Source: Macrostomum lignano (lineage: Eukaryota). Taken from it: DNA of 64,000 nucleotides. The DNA is taken from positions 62,001 through 126,000 of the forward strand of contig NIVC01001405.1 in the NCBI GenBank assembly GCA_002269645.1, written 5' to 3'. Numbering within the stretch: position 1 is the stretch's first letter; each line of letters begins with the position of its first letter. Below, piece after piece: positions 26,104-42,229 of this stretch. The notes under the pieces are model-generated. The model was given only the letters and a program-made list of their open reading frames with translations. It made no database searches and had not been told where the DNA came from. Position numbers and translations under genes: made by a program.

Positions 26104-29100
26104 ATGTTTTCCGTTAGCTACTCGATACGGGTGAGACAGGCCCTGTATTTGCTGCTCCTTCTGCTGAAGTTCAAGGCCCAGCGCCTACCAGTGTTTGTTG
26201 TGGCTATATTGCTTCTGCCGTCGAATTTCTGGCTGTTCGAAGTCCTGTCTGGCGTGATGAGCTCAAATGAGGAAACTGTCGCTCGAAAGTTGATGAACGC
26301 CGGGACTTTTCCCTGGAAGGCGCTGGTTGGGAGCAGTGGGAATTTTTCACGGCCAATCAGCAATCTGCAGGCGTTGGTTGCGGCCGGCAAACCGAGGAAC
26401 AATTGGCTTATCCAGTGCGGGTCACCGCAGAGCTGCAGCCTTCAGTTCTATAAGCAGCTGCGTCCCGCAACCACCGGGGAAATGTTCGCTCGAATCAGTT
26501 TCGAGTCGAAGAGTACAGCGCTGGTTGAGTGCACCGTACTGCAGGAAGAAGAGCTGGCCTGTCCGTTCCTTCACCATCTCGCGCTTCAGTCCCTAAGTCC
26601 CAGCGGCCGAGTCTTCAGGGACGTACAGTTCATAAGCCTAACTGATACTGTCGATCATTCCAAGACGGAGACGCACAGAGCGAGTCGGCGCTCGATTTGC
26701 AGCCGCGTCGAATCCACTGGAAACGTGTTTGTGGCGCTGATGCACACTGTGCTGTACCACATCCTCATCGCTACTGCCGGCTGCATGGTTCACTTCACCG
26801 CCACCACTATCGCCTTCATCGCTGGTCTCAAAGAGAGCGGCTACCTGCAGCTCATGATCAGCAACGGGCTGTCAGTGGGAGCGTATTGGACTGTCATCAT
26901 CGTTTCCATAGCTATAGAATGCGCAGTCTTCTCGGCCATTATTGGGCCCTGCTACGCGCTTCAGTGCCCCAATTTCTACCCGAAAGGATCAGCCATCAAA
27001 CTGTCAATGATGTTCTATGCCTACTGCTTCTCCTTAGTGTCTCTGAGTCTTCTAGCCACTGTGCTGTTGCGCTCCTTCTTCCTCATTGTAGTTGCCACCG
27101 TGGCCATCATCATTTCGGTGGTCACAGTCACAGTCCTGGGAGTGATCCGCATCATGGCAATGAAATCAGATGACTACCTATTGAATGTGCTGCTGGTGTT
27201 CCCACCTGGCCACATGACGCAGTACGCTCTTTATACTCTGCTACCAAAAACCTCACGCGACTGGCACGAAGCGCAAATCAGCTACTTGCAAAAAATTCCG
27301 AATGGAATGCTGATTTTCCCTATCGTTGTCACGCTGCTCACGATATACGCGGATTTCGTGCTCAGCAGCGGAAACGGAATGGGTCTGCCGCTGACCTTTC
27401 CATTCAGCAGAAGCTTCTGGCTGCCCGATGAGGCCAAGATGGTCAGCTCGATTCCCGTCAGCTGCGCCGACTCGGATTGCAGCAAGTCCTACATCGAGCC
27501 GCTGCACTCCGGCCTGCCAGCCATTTACATCAACGACATCAGCGTGTGCTACGACCGCGGCTGCTGCGCGCTGGAAAATCAGGAAACCGTGGTGCAGGCG
27601 CTCGACTCAATTTCATGTGAGTCGAAAGTTGAAAAGTAGAAAAAATCCAGAATCTCTCCTTGTTGGACTGAGTTTGTCAATGTTCAAATGCTTCACTACA
27701 TCAAGCAAAAGGCTACGGGTATATTTCGCTACGCTTGTTAGAATAAGTATATATTTGTACGAAAACTTATGGCTGTTAAAAATTAGGGAAATGAAGAGTT
27801 GGAATTCAAAACTTGAGCTTTCGTATATTCGTTTATTTCTTTTATTTCATTTGAACTTCATTTTGCTGAAACCATCGAATGACTGAAATTTCTCCCCAAC
27901 TGTTTAAGACCGTTCTATGACGATGCTTCCTATAATCAAGTTAGCACTAATCCGCAGGTACCATCTATCAAGACCAGATCACGGCTTTGATCGGGCACAA
28001 TGGCGCTGGGAAAACAACCCTGATTCGAACGCTGACGGGCGAGCAGACGCCGACAAGCGGCGTGGCTGTAATCGGCGATCGCCTCGTCACGGACCCGTAC
28101 CAACGCATGGCACTGCGGCGCGTAGTTAGCACCTGCGGTCAGACAAACGTGCTCTGTCAGCAGCTCACCGTGATGGAGAGCATTACTTTAGCAACCCTGA
28201 GCAAAGGTTTCATGCTGGAGAGTCAAATTGACAACATTAAAACTATGATGGAGCAGCTCGGATTAGCGGACAAGGCCGATGTTCAAGCCTTCGACCTGAG
28301 CGGCGGCCAGCTCCGGAAGCTGTGCTGCATCATTGCGCTTATTGGTGACCCGAAAATCGTGATGCTGGACGAGCCCACCAGCGGTCTGGACCCCGTGTCG
28401 CGGCGCTGCCTGTGGCGAATCATGCAGGAGCGCAGGCAAGGCCGCTGCATTATGCTGTGCACGCAGTTCATGGACGAGGCGGACGTGCTGGCGGACAGAA
28501 AGCTGTTCCTCTCTGGAGGCCGACTGGTCTGCGCTGGATCGTCGCTGTTTCTCAAGCATTTGTTCGGCTGCTGTCCCACAATCGGCATATCGTTGAGGTC
28601 GAGCCAGGACGCAGCGAAACTATTGGAATCGATACCGCCGGGTGTTCACCTTCTCAATCGGTCCGGAACGGAGCTTCAGCTGAGTGTGTCGTCTTCGGGG
28701 TCGATAGTCTCTTCAGAGCTGCATTTGTTGGCTGAGACTGTGAAGATTCTTGAGGAGCTGCAGAGGCAGAACGGGTCCCCTGTAGAAGCGTTCGGTGTGT
28801 CTCAGGCTAACCTCGACGAGATTTTTATGCGTCTGGAAAATTTCAACACAATGGATGTGGTTTCGGCGATCAAAAATCGGAGACTGGCCAGCATTGTGAG
28901 CCTCAAAAGTCCAGACGATGAACTAAAACTAGTGACTTCTAGAGTAGACCATTCTCTACTTGAACTACGACTGGATTACTACAAGGCTAATAAACTGCAG
29001 CGCTCATTTTCCAAGACTTTCGGCTCGCTTTTAGTCATGAACCTTCGCCGGCAGGTTCGCTCGCCCGTGCAAGCGCTTTGCCGTCTAGTCATGCCTTTGG

Positions 29101-31737
29101 TGCTGCTGGCTATCGTATTCTCCGTTGCTTTCGTGGAAAAGAAACGGTATGAGCTGAGCCAGTCGATAGCAAAGCATCTTACCAGAGAGGGTCACAAAAT
29201 GTCTCCGGTTGATCTGTTGGAAAACACAATGAAGCAGTCGCAGTCCGAGCTGATCAGAGTTCCAGTTTTGCCGACAGCTCTTTCAGAAAACCTTGTTTGC
29301 CTCTTTGATTCCAGCGATGAAGAGGAGATGGCAACGAACGCCTGTTTGACTGCTTTTCCTAGGGCTTTTAAAACCAAATTAATGCTGAAGCCCAAGTCTG
29401 TCAGCGTTGATAAGTTTGTCCTGCCTACAGACAGTCTATTGAACCCGGAGCTACGGCAGAATTGCGAGAACGTCTGCTTCATTCTGTACGCTAGCTCTTG
29501 GAACACCAGTCACCCAAATGCCAATCGATCATTAGTTATCGGACAGTTTTGGCACAAATCTCGATCGGAAATAATCTTCAAGCCCATGGCCGACTATTTC
29601 TCAATGATGTGGCGATATTTTGTTTCAACAGACGACGATAGCGATCCTTGGAAAACTGTTCGCCTGACCGCAGTAGTACCGTTTTCGCAATACTACACAA
29701 TTCAAATGGAAATTTTTGTCCTTGTCCTGCTGTTCTCAGTTGTCCCCGTCACCTACATGTCTGACCCGGTTGAGGACCGGTCCAGCGGGGTCAGGCAGCA
29801 GATGAGGGTCATGGGATTAGACAGCAAAATCTATTGGCTCAATACGTTCGCTATTCACTGGATCCAGTATGCTGTGTTTATCGTTCTATCGGCTGCAATG
29901 TGCCTAGTTTGGAATCGGTACCAGAGTCTGTTTCTGCTGTACAATGTGTGGATTCCCATGCTACTGCTGGGATCGGTGAGCAACTTGCTTAGCGTCTACT
30001 GCATAGGAGCTCTGCAGCGCACTCCGAGCTACAGCGTGCTGGCCATCTACCTGTTCTTCATCCTTTTCATCTTGGCCGTCCTGACTTTCGTAATGACGAA
30101 CCGCATCGCTGGTGCCGTGTGCGTGTGGCTCGTACCTCCACTGGCTCCCATGATGCTGCCATTCACGGCCATGAAAATGGCTGGCTATGGCCTGCTGTTC
30201 TTTGAACTAAGCCATCTGGGCGACATACCGGAGCTGCAGAAGGTTTTTCTGAACTATCCAGACACAATTCACTCGCTTGTTGCCATGGCTTTCCATATAG
30301 TACTGCTGTTCGGGCTGCTGATACTACTGGACAACTGGCCTACAGTTTATTCCCTGGGGCAGCAGTGCTGCAACAAGGACAAGGCCGCTGACTCTCACCA
30401 ACTCAAACAGAGTCAAAAAGATGACGACGAGCTCGGCGTTCAAACTGAGGCTCAGCGTGTGTTGAAAAATCCTCGGAGCGATCAAAATCTACTCGAGGTT
30501 CGCGACGTGGAGAAAGTCTACCCGAACGGCGTGCGAGCAGTTCGGGGCGTCACCTTCGGGGCGATGACTGGCGAGGTCTTCGGCCTTCTGGGCCAGAACG
30601 GAGCCGGAAAGACCACCCTGATGTCAGCCATTGTCGGGCAGCTAGCGGCGACACGAGGTAAAGTCGAGGTGCGCCAATTTGACGGCGACTGGATGGTCAG
30701 CCAGCTGGGCACTCAGCTGGGTATCATCGGCTTCTGTCCGCAGCACGACCCGATCTTCCGGCGCATCACCGTCGAGGAGCATCTGACTTTTTACTCGAGA
30801 GTTCGCGGAATTCCCGAGCTTCTGGTGCCAGAGCAGACGGACAGGCTGATTCGCGGCCTGGGCCTTGCCGAGCACAGATTCAAGGCGGCCAAGGAGCTGT
30901 CAGGTGGCAACAAGCGCCGCCTCTGCCTCGCCATTGCGTTACTTGGCTGCCCTTCCATTGTTGTCATCGATGAGGCCTCCACCGGAGTGGATCCGGAGAA
31001 CAAGCGCGCCATCTGGAAGGCAATCCGCAGCCTGGCAGAGGGCGGTAAACGAACCGTCGTGGTAACTACTCACAGCATGGAGGAGGTGGAGGCGCTCTGC
31101 GGTAGGGTGGGCATCATGGACAGGGGTGGCATGATCGGGTTCGGCACTGTCCAGCAGCTGCGCAGTCGGTAAGTGAATCGCGTTTGATAGTTCCGCACCA
31201 GGGACAGAAACAGTGACAAGGATAGGGAAAGTAGGAGGAACAGTTGCAGATGCTGGGACTGGCAACATGGACAACGACAAGTCAGGAGTAAGCATTTTAA
31301 GAGTAAAGACGGTTCTGACACCAATCTACAAGAATGAGCCACGGACGTCTCCCAGCCCTCCCCCCCTTTACGTCCATCCCAGCTACGGCAAGGCCTACAC
31401 CCTGGAGGCTCTCCTGCCTTTTTCGGCGGATCTCCACGAAACCTCGTCGCGCAAATCGGTGCTGAAAGCGGCCATTCAGCAGCAGTTCCCCCAGGCTGCT
31501 GTTCTGGACGACGTCGGCGCATCAGTACAGTTCCAGATCCCGACGGAGTCGGTGGCCAGCCTCTCCGATAGCATTCGATGGCTGGCGGACAACAAAACGG
31601 AGCTGAACGTGCAGTACTTCAGTCTGCACCAGATGTCATTGGACCAGATTTTCGTCAACATGATTCGACAGCACGCTGAGGCAGTCCTCTCCGAGAAGGA
31701 TTCGGCAACGGGAAAGTCCGATCAGGGAGGCTGCTGA
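26104..31737 (+). CDS. Full-size ABCA-subfamily transporter, tandem copy 2 (about 1692 aa)
   Basis: Exons 26104-27616, 27958-31168 and 31383-31737, with intron positions identical to copy 1. Motifs GHNGAGKTT, LSGGQ, DEPTSGLDP, GQNGAGKTT, LSGGNKRRL, DEASTGVDP and THSMEEVEALC. Confidence 0.95.
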
Positions 31738-33103
31738 CTTTTATTTTTACTGTTTTTACAAAGAACCAATTTTTTATAATAGAATACGGGAAAATTGAAG
31801 TGCAGTAAATTTATTTGTTCGAATAGCTTAAGTCGATTTTTTTTTCGAAGACGTGAAAGCTAAACCGAGAAGTCTCTGATGAGTGCGCGCGAAAACCCGG
31901 CATCCTTTTCAGATGAAACCCTTACTTTATGGCCCAAAGTAGTGACACGAGGTTTTTGCCGCCATTTTTAGAACACATAGGGAAGTTTGTTTCCAAAGCA
32001 TCTGAGGCATGGAGAATGGCGATAGGGGGCCGGGGCGGCGGTGAGGTGAAGAGTTTAGGTGAGCAAGGGCCACATTTGCTACTGTATGAGCGATAAGTTT
32101 GGGCGCTGTGTCTACTTTCGATGACACGAACTGCTGTGGATTCGAGCGAGTTTGCTTTTCCACAATTCTTCCTTGGCCTCGCATTCTCGGGTGTTGCTAA
32201 GCAACGGGGGGTAGCGCTGGGAACGCCCGCTACAGTTACCGGCTGTCGCGAGCTCGCATTAAGAAACTCGCGCTGCTCCTCTGTGGGAAACAGCTGGCAG
32301 CAGTTCAGCTGGGCAGCGAGAAGCGCTGGGTTGCTGAGCCGTGCATCAAGGAACTCATCTGGGGCTGCCTCTGTTGCCTCCCCCCCCCCAATAGAATGCA
32401 TATCTATGAGTATACAATATCAAAACCAGGGGGCAGGCTCACGCTGGATGAGCTGGGATGCAGTGAGCAGTGTCGGGTTAGCACAGCTAGGCAGGAGTTT
32501 TGAGAGAGGTATTTTTTTATCTTTTTTGCCTTGCAGAAAATTGTCAGCTTGTATGACGTGAACTCTGTCCAAAAAAAATAACTGACACGATAAACCTTGC
32601 TGCTGTTTGCAACAATTTCAATGGCCACTCGATAATTTTTTACCGAAAATTTTCAACGGAAAACCCTTCATTCTTGTAAAAAAGCCAATATGAAACTCAT
32701 ATCTACTAAAAGTACACGGTGACGATCTGAAAAACTCTGACACTTCCGCAGAGTCTTATTTACAAGTAACAAGTATACAGTTATTGACTGTATGTTAAGG
32801 CCTCTTTTCAAGTTTTCTACGGCAATTCAAACTTTGTTAAAATATTATATTGACGTTTTTCCTTCTTATTGACTTCTAAAGCAAAACTAGACTTTACATG
32901 TAAACGTCTTGTAATCAACCGTCTTAAAAGCACTATCGACGCGAGAAGTGAGCCAATTTTTTGAAATTTGTCTTGCTTCCTTGGGAGGGAGGGAGAGGGC
33001 ATTGAGTGCACAGAAATTTCCGATGAGTCCTCCACACCAGCAATAACTGCTGTAAATTAATCTGTTAATCATGCAAGCAACAGAGGAGGTCAACGCCGGC
33101 CAG

Positions 33104-33589
33104 TCACTTCTCCGTCAGGTTCTTCCGCCTCACGGCTATCTGCTGCTCCTGCTGCAGCCTGCCGGGGTTCAGGATGATCTCGTGCAGCTCGCCCACCAGC
33201 TTCAGCATGCCGGCATTCTCCGACTCCACCTTGGCCAGGCGGCCTACCAGGTCGGCAGTGAGCGCCTCCTGTTGCGCCAGGTGCTGCTGCAGCTCGGCCA
33301 GCTGCTTCTCCATCTTGCCAACCCGGCCAGTTTTGCTCTGCACCGCGGCCAGCTGGTCGCGGACTTCGCTGAGGTCACCAAGCGAGTCGAGCCGGCGACA
33401 GACCGCGTCGATGCGGCGATGCAGCGCTGGGCCGTTGATGCCCTGCTCGGCCTGGGCCGCCGTCGCCTTCTGGACGGCGCGGACGAAAGTCAGGCGGGTC
33501 TTCTCCCGGCGCATCGCCAGCGGCGGCGGCGGCTGCGGCTGCTGCAACGGCGACTGCTGGAGGCCGGGCGGCTTGCCGTGATGGTCCAT
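33104..33589 (-). CDS. Uncharacterised coiled-coil protein, 161 aa, paralog of 40413-41267
   Basis: GC-rich coding-like ORF with a heptad-rich region. Shares GINxPxLHRR(I/L)DA and L..PG.L..EQ..V.R with the 284-aa ORF. Upstream splice acceptor at about 33663. Confidence 0.7.
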   Translation of the reverse strand: MDHHGKPPGLQQSPLQQPQPPPPLAMRREKTRLTFVRAVQKATAAQAEQGINGPALHRRIDAVCRRLDSLGDLSEVRDQLAAVQSKTGRVGKMEKQLAELQQHLAQQEALTADLVGRLAKVESENAGMLKLVGELHEIILNPGRLQQEQQIAVRRKNLTEK

Positions 33590-34398
33590 GCGAATGCTGG
33601 GCAGACGCTATAGATCGGGCTCAGGGATTCTGGAGTTGTTGTTGGAGTTGGAGTTGCTGATCCTGCAGCAGAGTAAATTATATTCTCAGTTTTATTATAC
33701 GGGACTGAACTGAGCTGCTCCCGATGGTAGCGCGGCCATAGCAACCGTGGAGGCAAAGGGAAGCCAGGGCGTTCAAGACAAAGCGTCTGGAGACGATCGA
33801 GGTCTTCTGTGCGCTGTATCGGCGGCACAGTTCTGAAGAAAATTGGCATTTTAGAAGCACTGCAGAATTTTCTGTCCGCCTTCCTAGAAGAAAAGTTCAT
33901 CGGCTTTAAGCTGTCGCAAAGAAACGGCCCAGTGAGAGCTTCGTTAATTTCCAGTCCAGATTTCTAGCTTGAGGCGTCCCCGGCAAAGCCTCTGCCTCCC
34001 CTGTCTCTCCCTGTCCCCCATCCCAGCTCAAACGACCACCCCAGTTTAATTTTTTGCCCACAGTCAAAGCAGTCCCCGGCCAATGCTCCCAGCAAAATTT
34101 AGACTTACTGACTAGCAATCAGCGGCCCCCGCTGGAGAGGCAACGAAGAAAGTAATACATTTTTTTAATAAAATGCATGTGAGTTTTGACCTTGTACAGT
34201 CGCTATTTTTAGTATCCTACTAAGGAAAATGATGTTTAAAGTAAAAAAGCACTAGCCCTGATGGGTCAGCTATCTAGCTAGTCTAAGATATCAGCATCCT
34301 CTGTGAGCTTTGTCACCAAAGCCTCCATTTGAGACATGGCTTAACCCAAACTCTACCTTTTGATCCACCTTTGGCTTGGCCTACCAACACTTTCAATT

Positions 34399-34733
34399 GA
34401 CCCTGGGCATCTCAGCAATTCCCGTAAGCTTTGACATCTCAGCAATCCCCCATAAGCCATGACATCTCAGCAATCCCCCATAAGCCATGACATCTCAGCA
34501 ATCCCCCATAAGCCATGACATCTCAGCAATCCCCCATAAGCCATGACATCTCAGCAATCCCCAATAAACCATGACATCTCAGCAATCCCCCATAAGCCAT
34601 GACATCTCAGCAATCCCCCATAAGCCATGACAGCTCAGCAATCCCCCATAAGCCATGACATCTCAGCAATCCCCCATAAGCCATGACATCTCAGCAATCC
34701 CCCATAAGCCATGACATCTCAGCAATCCCCCAT
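34399..34733. repeat. 28-bp minisatellite (about 11 units) plus unique leader; left copy of the direct repeat flanking the LINE
   Basis: Unit GACATCTCAGCAATCCCCCATAAGCCAT, preceded by GACCCTGGGCATCTCAGCAATTCCCGTAAGCTTT. Confidence 0.97.
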
Positions 34734-34828
34734 GACTTACTTGACTTAGCTGCAGGGGGCTCCGTGCGTCCGGAAACAGCGAGGAGGCGTTGCCGCCCAT
34801 TTCGCTAACCCCTGGCGACCACGGGCAG

Positions 34829-38735
<3,907 letters not shown>

Positions 38736-39207
38736 TGGGCTGGGGGTGGCTGCGGTTGGGGGCCTTGGCGGTGTCCAGCAGCTGTTTCGCCCGCTGAGTC
38801 AGACCAGAGCGGATAGTGTTCCGGGCGGGTTTCCGGCCCTTCCCACGTCCGCCTGTTGCTGCAGCTTTCGCGGCTTTCCCTCTGACAGGGTCCACGTCCT
38901 CGGAGGGGTCGTGACGGCCGGGAGCTTCTTTTCCTGGGCGTTTCCGCCCGGCAGAGCCCCCGACTGCCCGCTTACGCTTCTCCGGGGGCGGTGGGCGGGT
39001 GGCGTCAGACTCAAAGCTAAAGAGCTGAATCTGCAACAGCCCGACAGAGATGATGGACATGTCCGGGTAGCGGAGCATCCAGCTATCCGACAGTCCAAGA
39101 ATAGCCGTGAAACCGTCTCCGCCTGGCTTGGAGATGGTCTCGTGAACTACGACACCGTTGGCCGGTAGCTCCGGGTTGGAAGCCACTAGCAGGTGACGCA
39201 GCTCATC

Positions 39208-39542
39208 GACCCTGGGCATCTCAGCAATTCCCGTAAGCTTTGACATCTCAGCAATTCCCTCATAAGCCATGACATCTCAGCAATCCCCCATAAGCCATGA
39301 CATCTCAGCAATCCCCCATAAGCCATGACATCTCAGCAATCCCCCATAAGCCATGACATCTCAGCAATCCCCAATAAACCATGACATCTCAGCAATCCCC
39401 CATAAGCCATGACATCTCAGCAATCCCCCATAAGCCATGACATCTCAGCAATCCCCCATAAGCCATGACATCTCAGCAATCCCCCATAAGCCATGACATC
39501 TCAGCAATCCCCCATAAGCCATGACATCTCAGCAATTCCCCG
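39208..39542. repeat. 28-bp minisatellite plus leader; right copy of the direct repeat flanking the LINE
   Basis: Same leader, about 11 units, and the same CCCCAATAAACC variant in unit 5 as the left copy. Confidence 0.97.
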
Positions 39543-39647
39543 CGAGCCTTGACAATTGATATTTACCGTCACAGGAAAAATTTCTGATCAAACGGTGTAT
39601 AAGTTTCATGAAAATCAGTTGAGCCGTTTTTAGAATAAATCAAATAG

Positions 39648-39720
39648 CTACCTACCTACCTACCTACCTACCTACCTACCTACCTACCTACCTACCTACC
39701 TACCTACCTACCTACCTACC
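39648..39720. repeat. (CTAC)n microsatellite, preceded by AAGTTTCATGAAAATCAGTTGAGCCGTTTT; possibly part of a Helitron/Helentron-derived DINE-like element
   Basis: The tetranucleotide run is seen directly. The resemblance of its context to DINE/Lep1-like elements is from recall only. Confidence 0.9.
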
Positions 39721-40183
39721 GATAAACCATTTTAGTATAGTGGTGGATGAAATACAAGAACGTTTTTTCAGTGTCCAAGTGATGCAGAGAGGAATTTAAC
39801 TGGGAAAGTCGGAAACTGATTTTTGAGCTTACGACTTCAGTTAGTCAACAGAAAGCAACTTAAACATAAAAATTTTTATATTTATACTTAAATATATAGC
39901 AATTCGAAATTTTCTCACTTTAGTAAGACAGTATAGTAATAATATATAGAAGTTAAGCATATGTGAATTAAAAATATTGAAATATTAATTACTTTGACGC
40001 AGACAAACGGACAGCACTTTCAGAACGAAGGTCAGTAAAGAAAATATCCAATTATCCAGCAGCATATTTCTTTCTCATATGACAATTAGCAAACTGTCTT
40101 AATGTGCATTACATGGCAACTGATACCTAACTTTGGTAGCCAAATCGGCTAGCGTCTGTGAGCAGTTGAATCTCAGCTGCTAG

Positions 40184-40401
40184 CTATGAGCACTCGATAG
40201 TGAAGTCTGAACTATGAGCACTCGATAGTGAAGTATGAACTATGAGCACTCGATAGTGAAGTATGAACTATGAGCACTCGATAGTGAAGTCTGAACTATG
40301 AGCACTCGATAGTGAGGTCTGGACTATGAGCACTCGATAGTGAAGTCTCAACTATAAGCACTCTATAGTTAGCTCTGGACTATGAGCACTCGATAGTGAA
40401 C
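40184..40401. repeat. 28-bp minisatellite, about 8 copies
   Basis: Unit CTATGAGCACTCGATAGTGAAGT(C/A)TGAA. Confidence 0.96.
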
Positions 40402-40412
40402 CCTAAACAAGC

Positions 40413-41024
40413 CTAAACCCTAACCCCAAAACCTGCTTTAGACATAAACATAAATAAAAATTCAGTCTCAGTCTTTATTCGCCTTCGAGCGCCCGGCCGA
40501 TTGCTTCCCGTGGTGCTCTGCTGCCGCTTCTTGCTAATCTTCTCCCTCGTGACCCTGATTTGCTCCTCCTCCAGCGCGCCAGGCGTCTTGAGCAGGTGGG
40601 TGAGTTCCTCAGCTTCAGCCCCGATGCGCTTCATCTCGGCCTCCAGCTTGGACAGCCTGGCGTTGACAGAGGCCACCACGCCCTGCTGGTAGGTGAGGCT
40701 GTCTCGCATCTCCTGGTAGTCCTGGATCCGCGCCTCCAGCGAGGCGAACTGTTGCCGCAGCTCGCGCATCTCCTTCTTGAGCTTCTTTGGACTGCCGATT
40801 CTGTCGATGCGCTGCAGGGCGGCGTCCAGACGGCGGTGCAGCAGCGGCGCGTTGATGCCGTCCTGCTGGTCGCGCCGCCTCGGCCCATTGGGATCCGAGT
40901 AGTCCATCTCGTTGGGGTTTCGCCAGTCGCTGCCGATCGTCGTGGCCTGGCGGTGATGATTCGGTGGCGGCGGCTTCGGCTGCTGCTGCGACTTCGACCC
41001 GCGACTTTCCGTGTCAGAGAAAGA

Positions 41025-41064
<40 letters not shown>

Positions 41065-41267
41065 TGTTGTTTCGGCTTCTTTTTTGTCTTTGCCGTCTGT
41101 TTCTCCTGTTGCTGCTGCTGCTGCTGCTGTTGCGGCTTCTTGGAAATTCTTGGCAGCTCCTTGGCTTCTGGGGAGAGCGAGGCCGACGACCGGCTGTTGT
41201 TGCTGCGGCTGTCAGTGGCGGGCTGGTATGACAGCACCTGCACTATCTGGGGAGGGCCCGAGGCCAT
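40413..41267 (-). CDS. Uncharacterised protein, 284 aa: polyQ/Lys-rich disordered N-terminus plus coiled-coil C-terminus
   Basis: Long GC-rich ORF with a good Kozak context (GCCATGG), CAG-encoded polyQ tracts, an upstream acceptor at about 41308, and homology to 33104-33589. Confidence 0.8.
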
Positions 41268-42229
41268 GGCTGGCGAGGACTCAGAGCGGTGGACACGAGT
41301 CTGGGGCCTGCGGGCGAGTTGGCAGAAGTAGGCAGAGGGAAGGCAGGCGCTTTGTCTTAAAGCGTCTCCCCATAGCTACCAGAATTCCCTCAGGCCTGGC
41401 AACCTATCGGGCGTCGATGCTTTTCTTGCTTTCCACCGTCCCGTCCCCGCCGCCTCCCGCACTGTCTCTTCTTCTCCTGGAGAGGCCCATTCTTCTCCCA
41501 GTTTCAGAGCAAGAGAGGGTGCATGACTGACAGAAGGACTTCTGCACTGTTAGCCGTTCAAAGTCGGTATAATTGAGGCCTTTTAGCTCGTACTGTGAAT
41601 CAGTTTGCTGGTGCAGCCTTGCATTATGGCGGGGGCAATAAAAATGAACCATTTGAGTGAAGGTGAGTGAAAGTATCGCGCAGTTCTAGAGCTGGGATGT
41701 AGGCAAGGTTTATTTTCGGATAGCCTTGAGAGGCCTTTTTAGAATACTTGGCCATAATTGGCCACAGAGGGCTGGATGTGTCAGAACACACGCGCCTTTG
41801 GGCCGCACTTCTCTAAGAGTCAACTGCTTCGAGGCTGGCTACTTTCTTTAGAAGATTAAAAAGACAAAGCCGACAAGAAGCATTTTCTTTTTCGAGTATT
41901 TGTGGATACCGATGGCGAATAAAACAAAAACTTTATTTAGTTGGTAGGAGAGACTCATAATATAAATTATAAATTAGAGCATAGTGTACCAAAAAAGCTA
42001 GAATTGCACAGTCTTAATGTAAAAAGTCGACAGAGCAAGAAAATTCTGAGATGCACACTGCTGCATCTCCCTGCTAATTGAACGTGAAGAGAGGGTTTGC
42101 AGTCTTTGATGTACAAAGCTTGCAATATAGATAGTTTACTATGGTGCTCAGTGCGATCGATAATTTTAAAATTGTGAGCGGGTTCACGTTAATACACTGG
42201 TTGCACTGGATTCAAAATGCTTGCGACAA

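Noticed and set aside
31870-31915. Hammerhead ribozyme-like CTGATGAGTGCGCGCGAAA
   Set aside because: Core nucleotides are present, but stems I and III cannot form more than 2-4 bp; an Infernal scan would settle it.
31922-32401. 159-aa minus-strand ORF
   Set aside because: No recognisable motifs or coding bias; it may be UTR sequence.
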